The notes under the pieces are model-generated. The model was not told the origin of the DNA. It saw only the letters and a program-made list of their open reading frames with translations, and searched no databases. A stretch of 64,000 bases of DNA from an uncultured Clostridia bacterium (GTDB taxonomy: Bacteria; Bacillota; Clostridia; TANB77; CAG-465). Made by a program: the position numbers and the translations under genes. This document shows, in pieces, positions 10,281 through 19,936 of the stretch (positions within the stretch are counted from its first letter, which is position 1; each line of letters begins with the position of its first letter). Location of the stretch: the NCBI GenBank assembly GCA_944387375.1, contig CALXEQ010000006.1, forward strand, positions 9,066-73,065, given 5' to 3'.

Positions 10281-10853
10281 TGTATATATTTTACCATTTA
10301 TTGGATCTTTATATAATTTTAAGTTTTCTTTTTTTTCTACTTTAAATACTTTTTTTTGATCACCTAATATTAAAAGCATTTGATATAATTCGTATTTACT
10401 AAATTTATCTGAATCTAAAATGTCATTTATACTTTTTTCATAATAAAATTCACGAGAATTTTGCACTAGTAATGGTTTATCTAGAATTTTATTATATATA
10501 GATAAATTCTCAGGTAAAATTGATGAACAAATTATTGCTTCTGGAAGTTCATAATCTCCAATAGTATATTCAGTTATATCACAACAAAACTCATTTATAA
10601 GAGATGTGTTTTCACATAATTTGTTATATATTATAATAATTAAATCTTTTGTATTTACACGGATGCATTGATAATTTTCATCTATATATAAATCGGAATC
10701 CTTTGGAGAAAGAAAAGCATGAATTCCTCTTTTTTCTATATTTTGTAACTTAAGAATTTTATTACTATATTCAGATAATTTGATACCATATTTTAGACAA
10801 GTGTCAACATCGTTTTTATTGATATAAATATATAAGTCTTGCACTTTTATCAC
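10266..10853 (-). CDS. Hypothetical protein (GTG start, possibly at 10844)
   Basis: 195-aa ORF filling the gap between dut and the terminator; AGGAG RBS. Confidence 0.7.
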   Translation of the reverse strand: MIKVQDLYIYINKNDVDTCLKYGIKLSEYSNKILKLQNIEKRGIHAFLSPKDSDLYIDENYQCIRVNTKDLIIIIYNKLCENTSLINEFCCDITEYTIGDYELPEAIICSSILPENLSIYNKILDKPLLVQNSREFYYEKSINDILDSDKFSKYELYQMLLILGDQKKVFKVEKKENLKLYKDPINGKIYTKRSN

Positions 10854-10936
10854 TCCTAAGTTATTTTATTATAACATAGATAATTCAAAAAGTTAATATA
10901 AATACACAAATCGAGAAAAAAAGAAGCTCTCGCTTC

Positions 10937-11395
10937 TTATTTAGATGTACTTCCAAAACCTCCAACTCTAATACCATTTGCATTGTCATCATCTGATACT
11001 AAATATTTTTGGAAAATTGCTTGTCCAATGCATTCACCCTTTTTAATTAATATATCTTCGTCTTTTATATTGAAAAAAGAAAACATAAAATGACCATCAT
11101 TATCTGGATTTCCATAATAATCCTTATCTATTACACCAACACTATTTGCCATAACAAGTCCTTTTTTCTTTGGATTAGAACTTCTGTTATATAAAAGAAG
11201 TACCTCATCATCTTGCATATATGCTTTAAGTCCTGTTTTAATTAATGTGGGTGTGTTTTGTTTTTTTATACTTGGAACTATTGTATCCTCTGCAGCTTCA
11301 ATGTCATATCCTGCAGAATATTTAGTTTTTCTTTCCGGAAGATTAATATTTTTATCTTCAAATCCTTTTGCAATTTCAAATCCTCTTGTATGCAT
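10937..11395 (-). CDS. dut: dUTP diphosphatase (trimeric)
   Basis: Motifs AGYD, RSS, GVIDKDY, IGQ, RVGGFGST. Confidence 0.95.
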   Translation of the reverse strand: MHTRGFEIAKGFEDKNINLPERKTKYSAGYDIEAAEDTIVPSIKKQNTPTLIKTGLKAYMQDDEVLLLYNRSSNPKKKGLVMANSVGVIDKDYYGNPDNDGHFMFSFFNIKDEDILIKKGECIGQAIFQKYLVSDDDNANGIRVGGFGSTSK

Positions 11396-11494
11396 AATTA
11401 CCTCCTTAATTTATATCATGGTAAGTATATCATAAATCTATATTTTTTTAAATAGAAAAGCACTTCAAAATTTTTAATTTTAAAGTGCTTTAAA

Positions 11495-12385
11495 TTAGTT
11501 AATATTTTCAAGTCTTGCAATACGTTCAGATAATGGCGGATGTGTTGAAAATATATCTGTCTTTTCTCTTTGCTTTTTATTAGGCTCATTTATATACATG
11601 TGTGCTGTAGCATTACTTACATAGCGCATTTGTGACTCATCTGCTTGTAATTTTTTTAGTGCAGATATAAGCCCATTTGGGTTTCTTGTAAATTCAACAG
11701 CTGTAGCATCTGCAAGATATTCTCTTTTTCTTGATACAGCAAGTTGAATTAATTTTGTAATTATTGGTGAAAGTATCAAAAAGATAAGACCAATTATAAA
11801 TATAATAATATCTAATTTATTAGATTCCCTATCATCATCTGAATCTCTTCCCAAAAATCCAAATCTTAATACAAAATCAGCAACCATAACAATAAATCCT
11901 GCAAAAACAGATATTACAGTTGATAATAAAATATCATAATTTTTTATATGAGATAATTCATGTGCCATAACACCTTCAAGCTCATATTTATCCATTTTTT
12001 CTATTATACCTGTTGTAAAACAAATAACTGCATTTTGAGGATTTCTTCCAGTAGCAAAAGCATTAGGTGAAGGATCATCTATTATATATAATTTAGGTTT
12101 TGGTAAACCAGCTGCAATACATAATCCATCTAATATTGAACTAAGTAGTCTATCTTGTTCCTCATTTGCAGGTCTTGCTCCATTCATAGCAAGTACCATT
12201 TTATCACAGTTATAATATGATATTATACAACTTATTGATGAAAATGCTAATGCTATGATTATAGAATAAATGCCTAAATTCATAAAGTAACATACAAAAT
12301 AGACTACCAATGTTACTATAAATAAAAATCCAAGTATTATAGCATATGATTCAATTTTGTTGTTTCTAACGGCTTTTAAAATCAT
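11495..12385 (-). CDS. htpX: M48 zinc metalloprotease HtpX
   Basis: PNAFATG, HELSH, SRKREYLAD, STHPP. Confidence 0.93.
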   Translation of the reverse strand: MILKAVRNNKIESYAIILGFLFIVTLVVYFVCYFMNLGIYSIIIALAFSSISCIISYYNCDKMVLAMNGARPANEEQDRLLSSILDGLCIAAGLPKPKLYIIDDPSPNAFATGRNPQNAVICFTTGIIEKMDKYELEGVMAHELSHIKNYDILLSTVISVFAGFIVMVADFVLRFGFLGRDSDDDRESNKLDIIIFIIGLIFLILSPIITKLIQLAVSRKREYLADATAVEFTRNPNGLISALKKLQADESQMRYVSNATAHMYINEPNKKQREKTDIFSTHPPLSERIARLENIN

Positions 12386-12397
12386 AAATTTTCCTTA

Positions 12398-12955
12398 TTA
12401 AAATTTTACTTGTACAGGATTTTTTTCTGTATCATCGATTTGGAAGAAAGCTTCTTCTTTAAAACCAAGAATACCAGCTACTAAATTAGATGGAAATTTC
12501 ATTATTGCTGTGTTGTACATTTGAACAGTATCATTATAAAATTGTCTAGAATAAGCAATTTTATCTTCTGTTCCAGAAAGCTCAGTTTGTAATGCCATAA
12601 AGTTTTCATTTGCTTTTAGATCTGGATATGATTCAGCTAAAGCAAAAAGATTTTTTAAAGTTGCATTTAGTTCAGTGTTGGCAGAAGCTTTATCTTCAAC
12701 GCTGTTTGCAGAAACATAATTATTTCTTGCTTTTATTACGTCATCAAGTGTTGATTGTTCGTGTTGAGCATATCCTTTAACTGTTTCAACTAAGTTTGGT
12801 ATTAAATCAAATCTTCTTTTAAGTTGTGTGTCGATTTGTGCCCAAGCGTTTTTTACTCTCATTTTTAAAGATACTAAGTTGTTGTACATTCCTATAATTG
12901 CAAGTATAATTATAAATATAACTGCACCAATTGCAATTGCTATCCACATAAACAT
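12398..12955 (-). CDS. lemA: LemA family protein
   Basis: LKRRFDLIPNLV, AESYPDLKA, RQFYN; canonical lemA-htpX pair. Confidence 0.95.
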   Translation of the reverse strand: MFMWIAIAIGAVIFIIILAIIGMYNNLVSLKMRVKNAWAQIDTQLKRRFDLIPNLVETVKGYAQHEQSTLDDVIKARNNYVSANSVEDKASANTELNATLKNLFALAESYPDLKANENFMALQTELSGTEDKIAYSRQFYNDTVQMYNTAIMKFPSNLVAGILGFKEEAFFQIDDTEKNPVQVKF

Positions 12956-13098
12956 ACCTCCTTATATAAATTAGCTAAAGATATTTTATCATTATTTTAA
13001 ACTATTTGCAATAAAAGTTATAGTATATTGTACTAATATATTATGCATAAAAATAGTATTTAATTATATAATTAAACAAGATATGATTAATAAAGAAT

Positions 13099-13127
13099 TT
13101 GACAAAGAATTTATTATATAGTATAAT
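13099..13127 (+). promoter_or_regulatory. Sigma-A promoter
   Basis: TTGACA-N17-TATAAT, perfect consensus. Confidence 0.75.
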
Positions 13128-13159
13128 AAACTTGTTAAATAATCTTAGGAGGAATTTTT

Positions 13160-14227
13160 GTGGAAGAAGATAAGGCATATATAGTTAGAAAAGTACTTAC
13201 AGTAGTAAGTCTTATTCTTATATTTGCTACAGCAGGATTACTTGCAATAACAACTCAACTTAAGACAGTAACGTTTAATTATTATGGTAATGTTAAAAGT
13301 ATAAAGACATTAGCTAGTTCTGTAGATGCATTTTTATTTCAAAATAATATATTTTTAGATGAAGATGCTTTAGTAGAACCTTCAAAAGATGCAAGACTTA
13401 CAAATGGAATGACAATAGCAATTTCAGATACAAGTGATGGAGCTTTTGATGTGGAAAGTGTAAGAGAGTCTTATGCACCTATAGTTGCTAGTGTAAAAGA
13501 AGAAATTGAAGCAATACCATTTGAAGAAGAAACAGTAAATAATGAAGAGGTAGATTCTGGAAAGACACAAGTATTACAAGAAGGTGTTGAAGGATCTAAA
13601 TCAATTAGTTATATAGTTAAATCAACAAAAGATAAAGTAATACAAAAAAATGAAATAGGATCAGAAATATTAGCTCAAGCACAAAATAGAGTAGTAGAGG
13701 TAGGAACAAAAGTAACAGTTTCAAGAAGTGAAGTGGTTACTTCTATAAGTTCTCAGGTTGTAGATGGTGGATTTGTAGCATATAATATATCTTTACCAAT
13801 AGAATATCAGCAATATGCATATAATCTATGTAAAAGATATGGTATAGATTATCCGTTATTTATTGCGCTTATGTATAGAGAGAGTGGATTTAATGCAAGT
13901 GCAATAGGAGCAGGTGGATATGCATATGGACTTTGTCAAATTGGTATATCAAATTATTCAAATTTAAATGCTAAACTTGGAATAACTGATTTATTGGATC
14001 CATATGATAATATGACAGCAGGTGCATATATGCTTAGTGTTTATATGGGAATTGCTGCAACTAAGGTATCAGATGAACAGACAAAAATTGTTTATGCGTT
14101 AAACTCATATAATATGGGTGAAGGTGGATATTACAATAATTGTTTTAGTCAAGGAATTATAGATAGAGCATATAGTAATAATATACTTGCAACAAGAGAA
14201 AGATTAATTAATACAGGTGGATTATAA
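13160..14227 (+). CDS. Membrane-anchored DUF348/G5 protein with a C-terminal SLT lytic transglycosylase domain (YabE/RpfB-like position)
   Basis: N-terminal TM, DUF348-like segment, G5 (IPFEE...QEGVEG...VVEVGTK), SLT motifs RESGF, GLCQI, DPYDN, SYNMG. Confidence 0.8.
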   Translation: MEEDKAYIVRKVLTVVSLILIFATAGLLAITTQLKTVTFNYYGNVKSIKTLASSVDAFLFQNNIFLDEDALVEPSKDARLTNGMTIAISDTSDGAFDVESVRESYAPIVASVKEEIEAIPFEEETVNNEEVDSGKTQVLQEGVEGSKSISYIVKSTKDKVIQKNEIGSEILAQAQNRVVEVGTKVTVSRSEVVTSISSQVVDGGFVAYNISLPIEYQQYAYNLCKRYGIDYPLFIALMYRESGFNASAIGAGGYAYGLCQIGISNYSNLNAKLGITDLLDPYDNMTAGAYMLSVYMGIAATKVSDEQTKIVYALNSYNMGEGGYYNNCFSQGIIDRAYSNNILATRERLINTGGL

Positions 14228-14232
14228 TAGAT

Positions 14233-14261
14233 AAAAAGAATAGCATTTAGCTATTCTTTTT
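14233..14261 (+). terminator. Intrinsic terminator
   Basis: AAAAAGAATAGC-attta-GCTATTCTTTTT. Confidence 0.7.
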
Positions 14262-14280
14262 GTTATTTGAAAGGATAAGA

Positions 14281-15135
14281 ATGAATACATTAAATATAAC
14301 TAAACAAATAATAAAAAAATATAATATAAAAGCAAATAAAAGATATGGTCAAAACTTTTTGATAGATGATAACATTTTGCAAAATATAACAGAGGTAGCA
14401 GAAATTACATCTAAGGACTTAGTTATAGAAATAGGACCAGGACTTGGAAATCTCACAGAATATATTTTAAATAAAGCAGCTTATGCTTTACTTATTGAAA
14501 TTGATAGTAAAATGATTGATGTTTTAACAGATAGACTTAAAGAATATAGTAATTATACATTATTAAATGAAGATATATTGAAAGTAAATATAAATCAAGT
14601 GGTAAATAAAATAGAACAACAGCAAAATATTAAATTTGAAAAAGTTAAAGTTGTTGCAAATCTACCATATTATATTACAACACCAATTATATTTAAAATA
14701 TTAGAAGATGAAAATATTATATCAGATATAACTGTTATGGTACAAAAAGAAGTAGCTTTAAGGATGGTTGCTAAAAATAATTCAAAAGATTATGGAATTT
14801 TAACTTTAATGGTAGAGTATTTTTGTGATGCAAATATAAAATTAGAAGTTTCACCTAATTGTTTTATACCACCGCCTAATGTTACGTCATCTGTAATTTT
14901 GTTAAAGAAAAATAAAAAGTACAAAGTAAATAATGAAAAACTGCTATTTGAGCTTATACATAAAGCATTTGCACAAAGACGTAAAAAGATGATAAATTCA
15001 TTAGAAGCTAACAAATTTAATAATATGAATAAAAAGCAAGTAGAGGACTTATTTTTAAAGTGTAATATAGATTTTAATACAAGAGCAGAACAATTAGATA
15101 TAAAACAATATATTGACATTGTTAATAATATTTAG
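14281..15135 (+). CDS. rsmA: 16S rRNA dimethyladenosine transferase
   Basis: GQNFL, EIGPGLG, ANLPYYIT, QKEVA, QRRK; start at ATG 14281 after AAGGA. Confidence 0.96.
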   Translation: MNTLNITKQIIKKYNIKANKRYGQNFLIDDNILQNITEVAEITSKDLVIEIGPGLGNLTEYILNKAAYALLIEIDSKMIDVLTDRLKEYSNYTLLNEDILKVNINQVVNKIEQQQNIKFEKVKVVANLPYYITTPIIFKILEDENIISDITVMVQKEVALRMVAKNNSKDYGILTLMVEYFCDANIKLEVSPNCFIPPPNVTSSVILLKKNKKYKVNNEKLLFELIHKAFAQRRKKMINSLEANKFNNMNKKQVEDLFLKCNIDFNTRAEQLDIKQYIDIVNNI

Positions 15136-15155
15136 ATTTTGAAAAGAGGTAGTAT

Positions 15156-15878
15156 ATGAATATAGATAAATTTAAATTTATAGCACATAGAGGGCTTTTT
15201 GATAGGGAAAAAATACCAGAAAATTCTATGCTTGCTTTTGATAAAGCTTTAGAAAAAGGATATTCTATAGAAATAGATGTAAATATGACACAAGATGGAT
15301 ATATAGTTGTATTTCATGATAATAGTTTAAAAAGAATGACAGGGATTAAAAATGATATAACAACTATGACTTTAAGTGAAATAAAAAAACTAAAACTTTT
15401 GGGAACAGAAAATAAAATACCTACTTTTGAGGATGTGCTTTTACAAGTGGCAGGAAAAGTTCCAATATTAATTGAAGTAAAGCCAAATAGTAAATACAAA
15501 GAATTAATGAAAAAATTAATTAATTTACTAGAAAAGTATAATGGTAAGTATAGTATACAATCTTTTGATCCAAGAATAGTATATTGGTTAAAAAAAAACA
15601 CACCACATATTTCAAGAGGACAAATATCTAGTAAAAATATCAGAGAGGTAAAAAGTAGAATTCTAAAAATTCTTTTAGGTAAAATGGTGTTTAATATTAT
15701 TACTAAACCAAATTTTATATCTTATCAATATTTAAGTATAAATGAGAAATTTTATAAGAAGCAAAAGAATAAAGGTAGAGAAGTTATTGCATGGACACTA
15801 AAAAATAAAGAAGACTATGAGAAAATAAGAGATTATTGCGATATGGTAGTATTTGAAAATGAAAGTACAATAGATTAA
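15156..15878 (+). CDS. Glycerophosphodiester phosphodiesterase family protein
   Basis: IAHRG, PENS, EIDV, VVFHD, IEVK, QSFD, AWT. Confidence 0.92.
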   Translation: MNIDKFKFIAHRGLFDREKIPENSMLAFDKALEKGYSIEIDVNMTQDGYIVVFHDNSLKRMTGIKNDITTMTLSEIKKLKLLGTENKIPTFEDVLLQVAGKVPILIEVKPNSKYKELMKKLINLLEKYNGKYSIQSFDPRIVYWLKKNTPHISRGQISSKNIREVKSRILKILLGKMVFNIITKPNFISYQYLSINEKFYKKQKNKGREVIAWTLKNKEDYEKIRDYCDMVVFENESTID

Positions 15879-15918
15879 AAAAGTACACATAGAGTATAAG
15901 ACTTTATGTGTACTTTTT
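15877..15918 (+). terminator. Intrinsic terminator
   Basis: AAGTACACATAGAGT...ACTTTATGTGTACTTTTT hairpin. Confidence 0.75.
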
Positions 15919-15965
15919 AGTATTGTTAATATAATATTACAAAAAAATTAATAAGTAAAAATTAA

Positions 15966-15994
15966 TTGACACGTAAAATTTTATGCTATATAAT
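15966..15994 (+). promoter_or_regulatory. Sigma-A promoter of the metallophosphoesterase pair
   Basis: TTGACA-N17-TATAAT. Confidence 0.75.
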
Positions 15995-16070
15995 GAAGTC
16001 AGTTGTTAACGAATATGAGCTAAATAAATATTTGCTAGGGTTCCTGTATTAAATTTAAGGAGGGAGTGTT

Positions 16071-17030
16071 ATGAAAAAATATAACAAAAAACTTATTGCA
16101 AATTTAAAAAGTAAACAGCTCACGTTAAAGCAACTTGGAATTTCAATGGAAGATATTATCTACCTAAAAGACATTGGATATAATGTAAAAGAACAATATG
16201 ATCCTAGAGTTAAAGACTATGTATATTATATAGTTTCAGAAGGAGATATGGCATATATTAAGATTTCAGAGTTACCAGCAAAAGGAGAGGAAGTTAAATT
16301 AAAGCTTTTAGAGATTTCAGACTTACATGTTGGGTGCAAGAATTTTGATAAAAAAGGATTAGATAAGACTCTTCATGAAGCAAAAAAAAGAGGCGTTGAG
16401 TTTGTTCACATCTCAGGTGATTTACTTGACGGCTTTGGAGTATATAGAGGTCAGGAAAATAATTTAAAAAATAATAGAGCTATAGATCAAGTATCGGAAT
16501 TAATGTCTGTTCTTGAAAAATATGATTTATGGTATATTACGTCAATTGGAAATCATGATCAATCATTTTGTATGAAAGGAGGACTTGACCCAATAAAATA
16601 CTTGGAAGCTAAAATGGCAAAGAACGGTAAAAAATTTACTTATTTAAATGCTTACGAAGGTAATATTATACATGCAGGCATTGTTTTTAGATTAATTCAT
16701 CTTCAAGGTGGTGCAGCAAGAGCAGCTTCATATAAAGTACAGGTATATTTATCTAGAGTTTTTGAAAGTAATTTAAATGATGTTTATATTGGTGGAAAAT
16801 GCTACAATTTAAGAAGTATACAAGCTGGGCATTTTCATACAACATATTCATTATCTATAAGTGGTGTAACTATTGTTATGCCAGGAAATTTTCAGCATGA
16901 TGGTGATTTAGAAAAAAGAATGGGAATTACAGGAAAAACTGGTGGAGTATTTAGAGAGCTCACAATAGTTGGCGACAAAATAGTAAGAGAAAAAATAGAA
17001 TTTTATCGCCCTTGGCAAAAGGAGGTGTAA
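16071..17030 (+). CDS. Calcineurin-like metallophosphoesterase with intact motifs
   Basis: All five motifs present: SDLH, GDLLD, GNHD, H (LIH), GHFH. Confidence 0.85.
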   Translation: MKKYNKKLIANLKSKQLTLKQLGISMEDIIYLKDIGYNVKEQYDPRVKDYVYYIVSEGDMAYIKISELPAKGEEVKLKLLEISDLHVGCKNFDKKGLDKTLHEAKKRGVEFVHISGDLLDGFGVYRGQENNLKNNRAIDQVSELMSVLEKYDLWYITSIGNHDQSFCMKGGLDPIKYLEAKMAKNGKKFTYLNAYEGNIIHAGIVFRLIHLQGGAARAASYKVQVYLSRVFESNLNDVYIGGKCYNLRSIQAGHFHTTYSLSISGVTIVMPGNFQHDGDLEKRMGITGKTGGVFRELTIVGDKIVREKIEFYRPWQKEV

Positions 17031-17996
17031 ATGATGAAAGAAGATTTTTTAACCTCACAAAAAGCAACTAATGCACTTTCTAAAATGAGAACTAAAGAAT
17101 GTACACTAGAAGAATTGGAATTAACAAAGGACGAAATTAATGAATTAATAGAGGCAACGGGAAATATAAAATATAATAGTTCTAATAAAACATATTATAT
17201 AACTAAGTTTAATGAGAAAAATTATGAGATTATATCTTTTGCAAGCAAAGAGAAAGTTGAAGAAAAGTGGCTTGAGCTAAGCGATATATATTTTGGGAGT
17301 ACATTTTGTGAATATGATACATTAAAATATATGTTAGACTTAGCAAAAGAAAGAGGATATCAAAATGTGCATATATCTGGAGATTTATGTGCAGGTCATC
17401 CAAGCTATAAAAAGCAAGATTTATATTTAACTGCAAAAACAGCTCAAGAGCAGGCAAATATAGCTATAGATCTATTTTCAAAATATCCTGAATTTAAATA
17501 TTATTGTATAAATGGAGAACGAGATATATCTTTTGAGAAAAATGGCTCAATAAACCCTATTATATTAGTTCAAAGAGATTTAAATGAAAAAGGAATAGAA
17601 TTTCATCATATAAATGAAATTGTAGCAAATTTAGTAATAAGAGGTGTTGTAAAAAGACTTCAACATGGAACAGGTAAACTTGCATATACAAAGTCATATA
17701 AAATTGAAAAAGAGATGTGGCAACAGTTTGAAAATATGTCAGATAATGTAATAATAAAAAATAGAAATTATAATATTCGATTTGTACAATTTGGACATTA
17801 TCATGTTAATTGCTTACAAGAGCTTGGTGGTATTATGATAACTTCTACTTCTGGCATGGTTTTTGATAGCAAAGGTCTTTTAAATGAAAACACAAGTTAC
17901 CCTTCTGCTAAGTTTTCGGAGGCTGTTATTTGTAAAGGTAAAGTGCTTAAATTTGTTACAGAAAATGTTACTAGTGCTAAAAATGTTATAATGTAA
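17031..17996 (+). CDS. Metallophosphoesterase paralog with degenerate metal ligands
   Basis: Collinear with the upstream gene but reads SDIY, GDLCA, GERD; GHYH retained. Confidence 0.78.
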   Translation: MMKEDFLTSQKATNALSKMRTKECTLEELELTKDEINELIEATGNIKYNSSNKTYYITKFNEKNYEIISFASKEKVEEKWLELSDIYFGSTFCEYDTLKYMLDLAKERGYQNVHISGDLCAGHPSYKKQDLYLTAKTAQEQANIAIDLFSKYPEFKYYCINGERDISFEKNGSINPIILVQRDLNEKGIEFHHINEIVANLVIRGVVKRLQHGTGKLAYTKSYKIEKEMWQQFENMSDNVIIKNRNYNIRFVQFGHYHVNCLQELGGIMITSTSGMVFDSKGLLNENTSYPSAKFSEAVICKGKVLKFVTENVTSAKNVIM

Positions 17997-18027
17997 AACT
18001 CGAAAATTAAATATTTTCGGGTTTTTT
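17995..18027 (+). terminator. Intrinsic terminator
   Basis: AACTCGAAAAT...ATTTTCGGGTTTTTT. Confidence 0.7.
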
Positions 18028-18054
18028 CATAATTAAATTTAAGTAACATATTAT
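18027..18054 (+). promoter_or_regulatory. Probable SigE-type (mother-cell sporulation) promoter
   Basis: TCATAAT...CATATTAT matches the SigE pattern ATA-N16-cATAnnnT, upstream of a CotJC/Mn-catalase-like gene. Confidence 0.5.
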
Positions 18055-18070
18055 TAAATAAGGAGGGTAT

Positions 18071-18589
18071 ATGGAATATAATTATTTATTTAATAAATTG
18101 GAAGAGGTAAATAAAATACCATATCCTAAGGTAAATGTAGAAAGAAAAAACATTATGTTAGCAAATATCATTTTAGATAATTATTCGGGAAATGTAAGCG
18201 AACTTAGTGCAGTACTTAAGTATGTTTATCAAAAAATAAATTTAAAAGATACTGATTTAGCAAAAATAATTGGTAAGATATCAATAGTTGAAATGCATCA
18301 CTTAGAAATTTTAGGGAAAATAATAAATCAACTTGGCATAAAATCATGCTATATATCTAGTAATAATCATATATTTTGGAGTGCTAGTAATGTATGCTAT
18401 GAAGTAGATAATATTTGCTATATGCTTAAAAATAATATAGCTCAAGAACAAGATGCAATTACAGGGTATAGAGGATTAATTTGTAAAACTTATGATAATA
18501 ATATAATAGATATAATTAAAAGAATAATTATGGATGAAAAAGTTCATAAAGAAATTTTTGAGTATATACTTAACAACTACAGTAAATAA
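18071..18589 (+). CDS. Ferritin-like / manganese catalase family protein (CotJC-like)
   Basis: SELSAVLKY, EMHHLE, EQDAI, DEKVH di-metal four-helix motifs. Confidence 0.8.
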   Translation: MEYNYLFNKLEEVNKIPYPKVNVERKNIMLANIILDNYSGNVSELSAVLKYVYQKINLKDTDLAKIIGKISIVEMHHLEILGKIINQLGIKSCYISSNNHIFWSASNVCYEVDNICYMLKNNIAQEQDAITGYRGLICKTYDNNIIDIIKRIIMDEKVHKEIFEYILNNYSK

Positions 18590-18659
18590 AATTTGTGAAA
18601 ATTTTTTCATAATAAAAAAATAAATTGAATTTACAAAATAAAAATAATATAATTTATGT

Positions 18660-19784
18660 ATGAAAAAGAAATATATTGTTAGTAGTATAATTTTAATTTT
18701 TATAATATTAGTTATAGTTATAATGTTTGTTATTTACCAAAAGAATATAAACATAAGTGTAGCAGATGTTGAGTTAGATATAGAAAATAATAACGAGTCA
18801 CAAGAAGTTAACTATGGTTGGGAATGGAAATATGATACGCCAGAAAATTATGGGATTAATAGTAATGATATAAATTCATTATATAATAGATATGACTTTT
18901 CACAAGTATATTCCACAGTAATTATAAAAAATGATCATATTATAAATGAATATTATAAAGATGGATATGATAAAAATAGTATATTTACTTTGCAATCTTG
19001 CTCTAAGAGTATAACTAGTGCTTTAATTGGAATTGCAATAGATAAAGGATATATTAAAGATGTAAATGTTAATATTTCTGAATATTTTCCACAAATTGAA
19101 AATTATAATAATGAATATTTAAAAGATATTACAATATGGCATTTATTAACTCATACATCTGGACTTAATATAAGTGATGATGCAATTTGGTATGAGTGGA
19201 GAGCCTCAGATAATTGGGTAGATTTTGCACTTAGTCAACCAAGTATTGCTCCTCCTGGACAAGTTTTTGATTATTCAACAGCAGGCACACATTTACTTGC
19301 AGCAATACTTGAAAAAGCTACAGGCAAGTCATTATATGAGTTTGGAAAAGAAAATTTATTTGATTTAATTGGAATGAGTAGTGTGCAGTGTGAAACTGAT
19401 CCTCAAGGAGTAGGGGATGGTGGAAACGGATTTTCAATGACTCCTTATGATATGGCAAAATTTGGTAGATTATATTTAAATGGTGGAAATTGGGAAGGAA
19501 AACAAATTATATCTAAAGAATATATAGAGGAGTCAATAAAAATTCAGTACGACAGATCCTCAGGGTATGCAGATTATGACTATCAGTGGTGGATAGATGA
19601 ATATGGGCAAAATGGATATACTGCTTTTTGGGCACAAGGATTTGGTGGACAGTATATTTATGTAGTACCACAACTAGATTTAATAGTAATATTTACAAGT
19701 AATAGAGATAATGCTATTAATTATCAAGGAAGAAATAGTGTATATTGGCAATTTATGGATGATTTGGTAGATATATTCGATTAG
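18660..19784 (+). CDS. Serine hydrolase, beta-lactamase class C/AmpC-like family, with N-terminal anchor
   Basis: SCSK (SxxK), LLTHTSG, YST, MAKFGRLYL, GFGGQ. Confidence 0.88.
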   Translation: MKKKYIVSSIILIFIILVIVIMFVIYQKNINISVADVELDIENNNESQEVNYGWEWKYDTPENYGINSNDINSLYNRYDFSQVYSTVIIKNDHIINEYYKDGYDKNSIFTLQSCSKSITSALIGIAIDKGYIKDVNVNISEYFPQIENYNNEYLKDITIWHLLTHTSGLNISDDAIWYEWRASDNWVDFALSQPSIAPPGQVFDYSTAGTHLLAAILEKATGKSLYEFGKENLFDLIGMSSVQCETDPQGVGDGGNGFSMTPYDMAKFGRLYLNGGNWEGKQIISKEYIEESIKIQYDRSSGYADYDYQWWIDEYGQNGYTAFWAQGFGGQYIYVVPQLDLIVIFTSNRDNAINYQGRNSVYWQFMDDLVDIFD

Positions 19785-19791
19785 TAAAAAA

Positions 19792-19936
19792 TATATCAGT
19801 ACATTTTGTACTGATATTTTTTGCATAAAAAAACAAGTAACTTTAATAAGCTACTTGTTTTACCATTTTACTGGAGCTGAAACTCAGATTCGAACTGAGG
19901 ATCTACGGTTTACAAGAACGTTGCTCTACCAGCTGA
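19792..19936. repeat. Direct repeat copy 1 (145 bp): two terminators plus tRNA-Thr nt 12-76
   Basis: Matches 21390-21534 apart from 2 substitutions (19902, 19918). Confidence 0.95.
19872..19936 (-). pseudogene. 5'-truncated tRNA-Thr(UGU) fragment (att-like scar)
   Basis: Lacks the first 11 nt of the intact tRNA-Thr at 21470-21545; retains the anticodon arm, T arm and CCA. Confidence 0.9.

Noticed and set aside
13160-14227. SLT protein as the VirB1 of the putative T4SS
   Set aside because: Its G5 scaffold and position before rsmA fit a YabE/RpfB-type housekeeping role better
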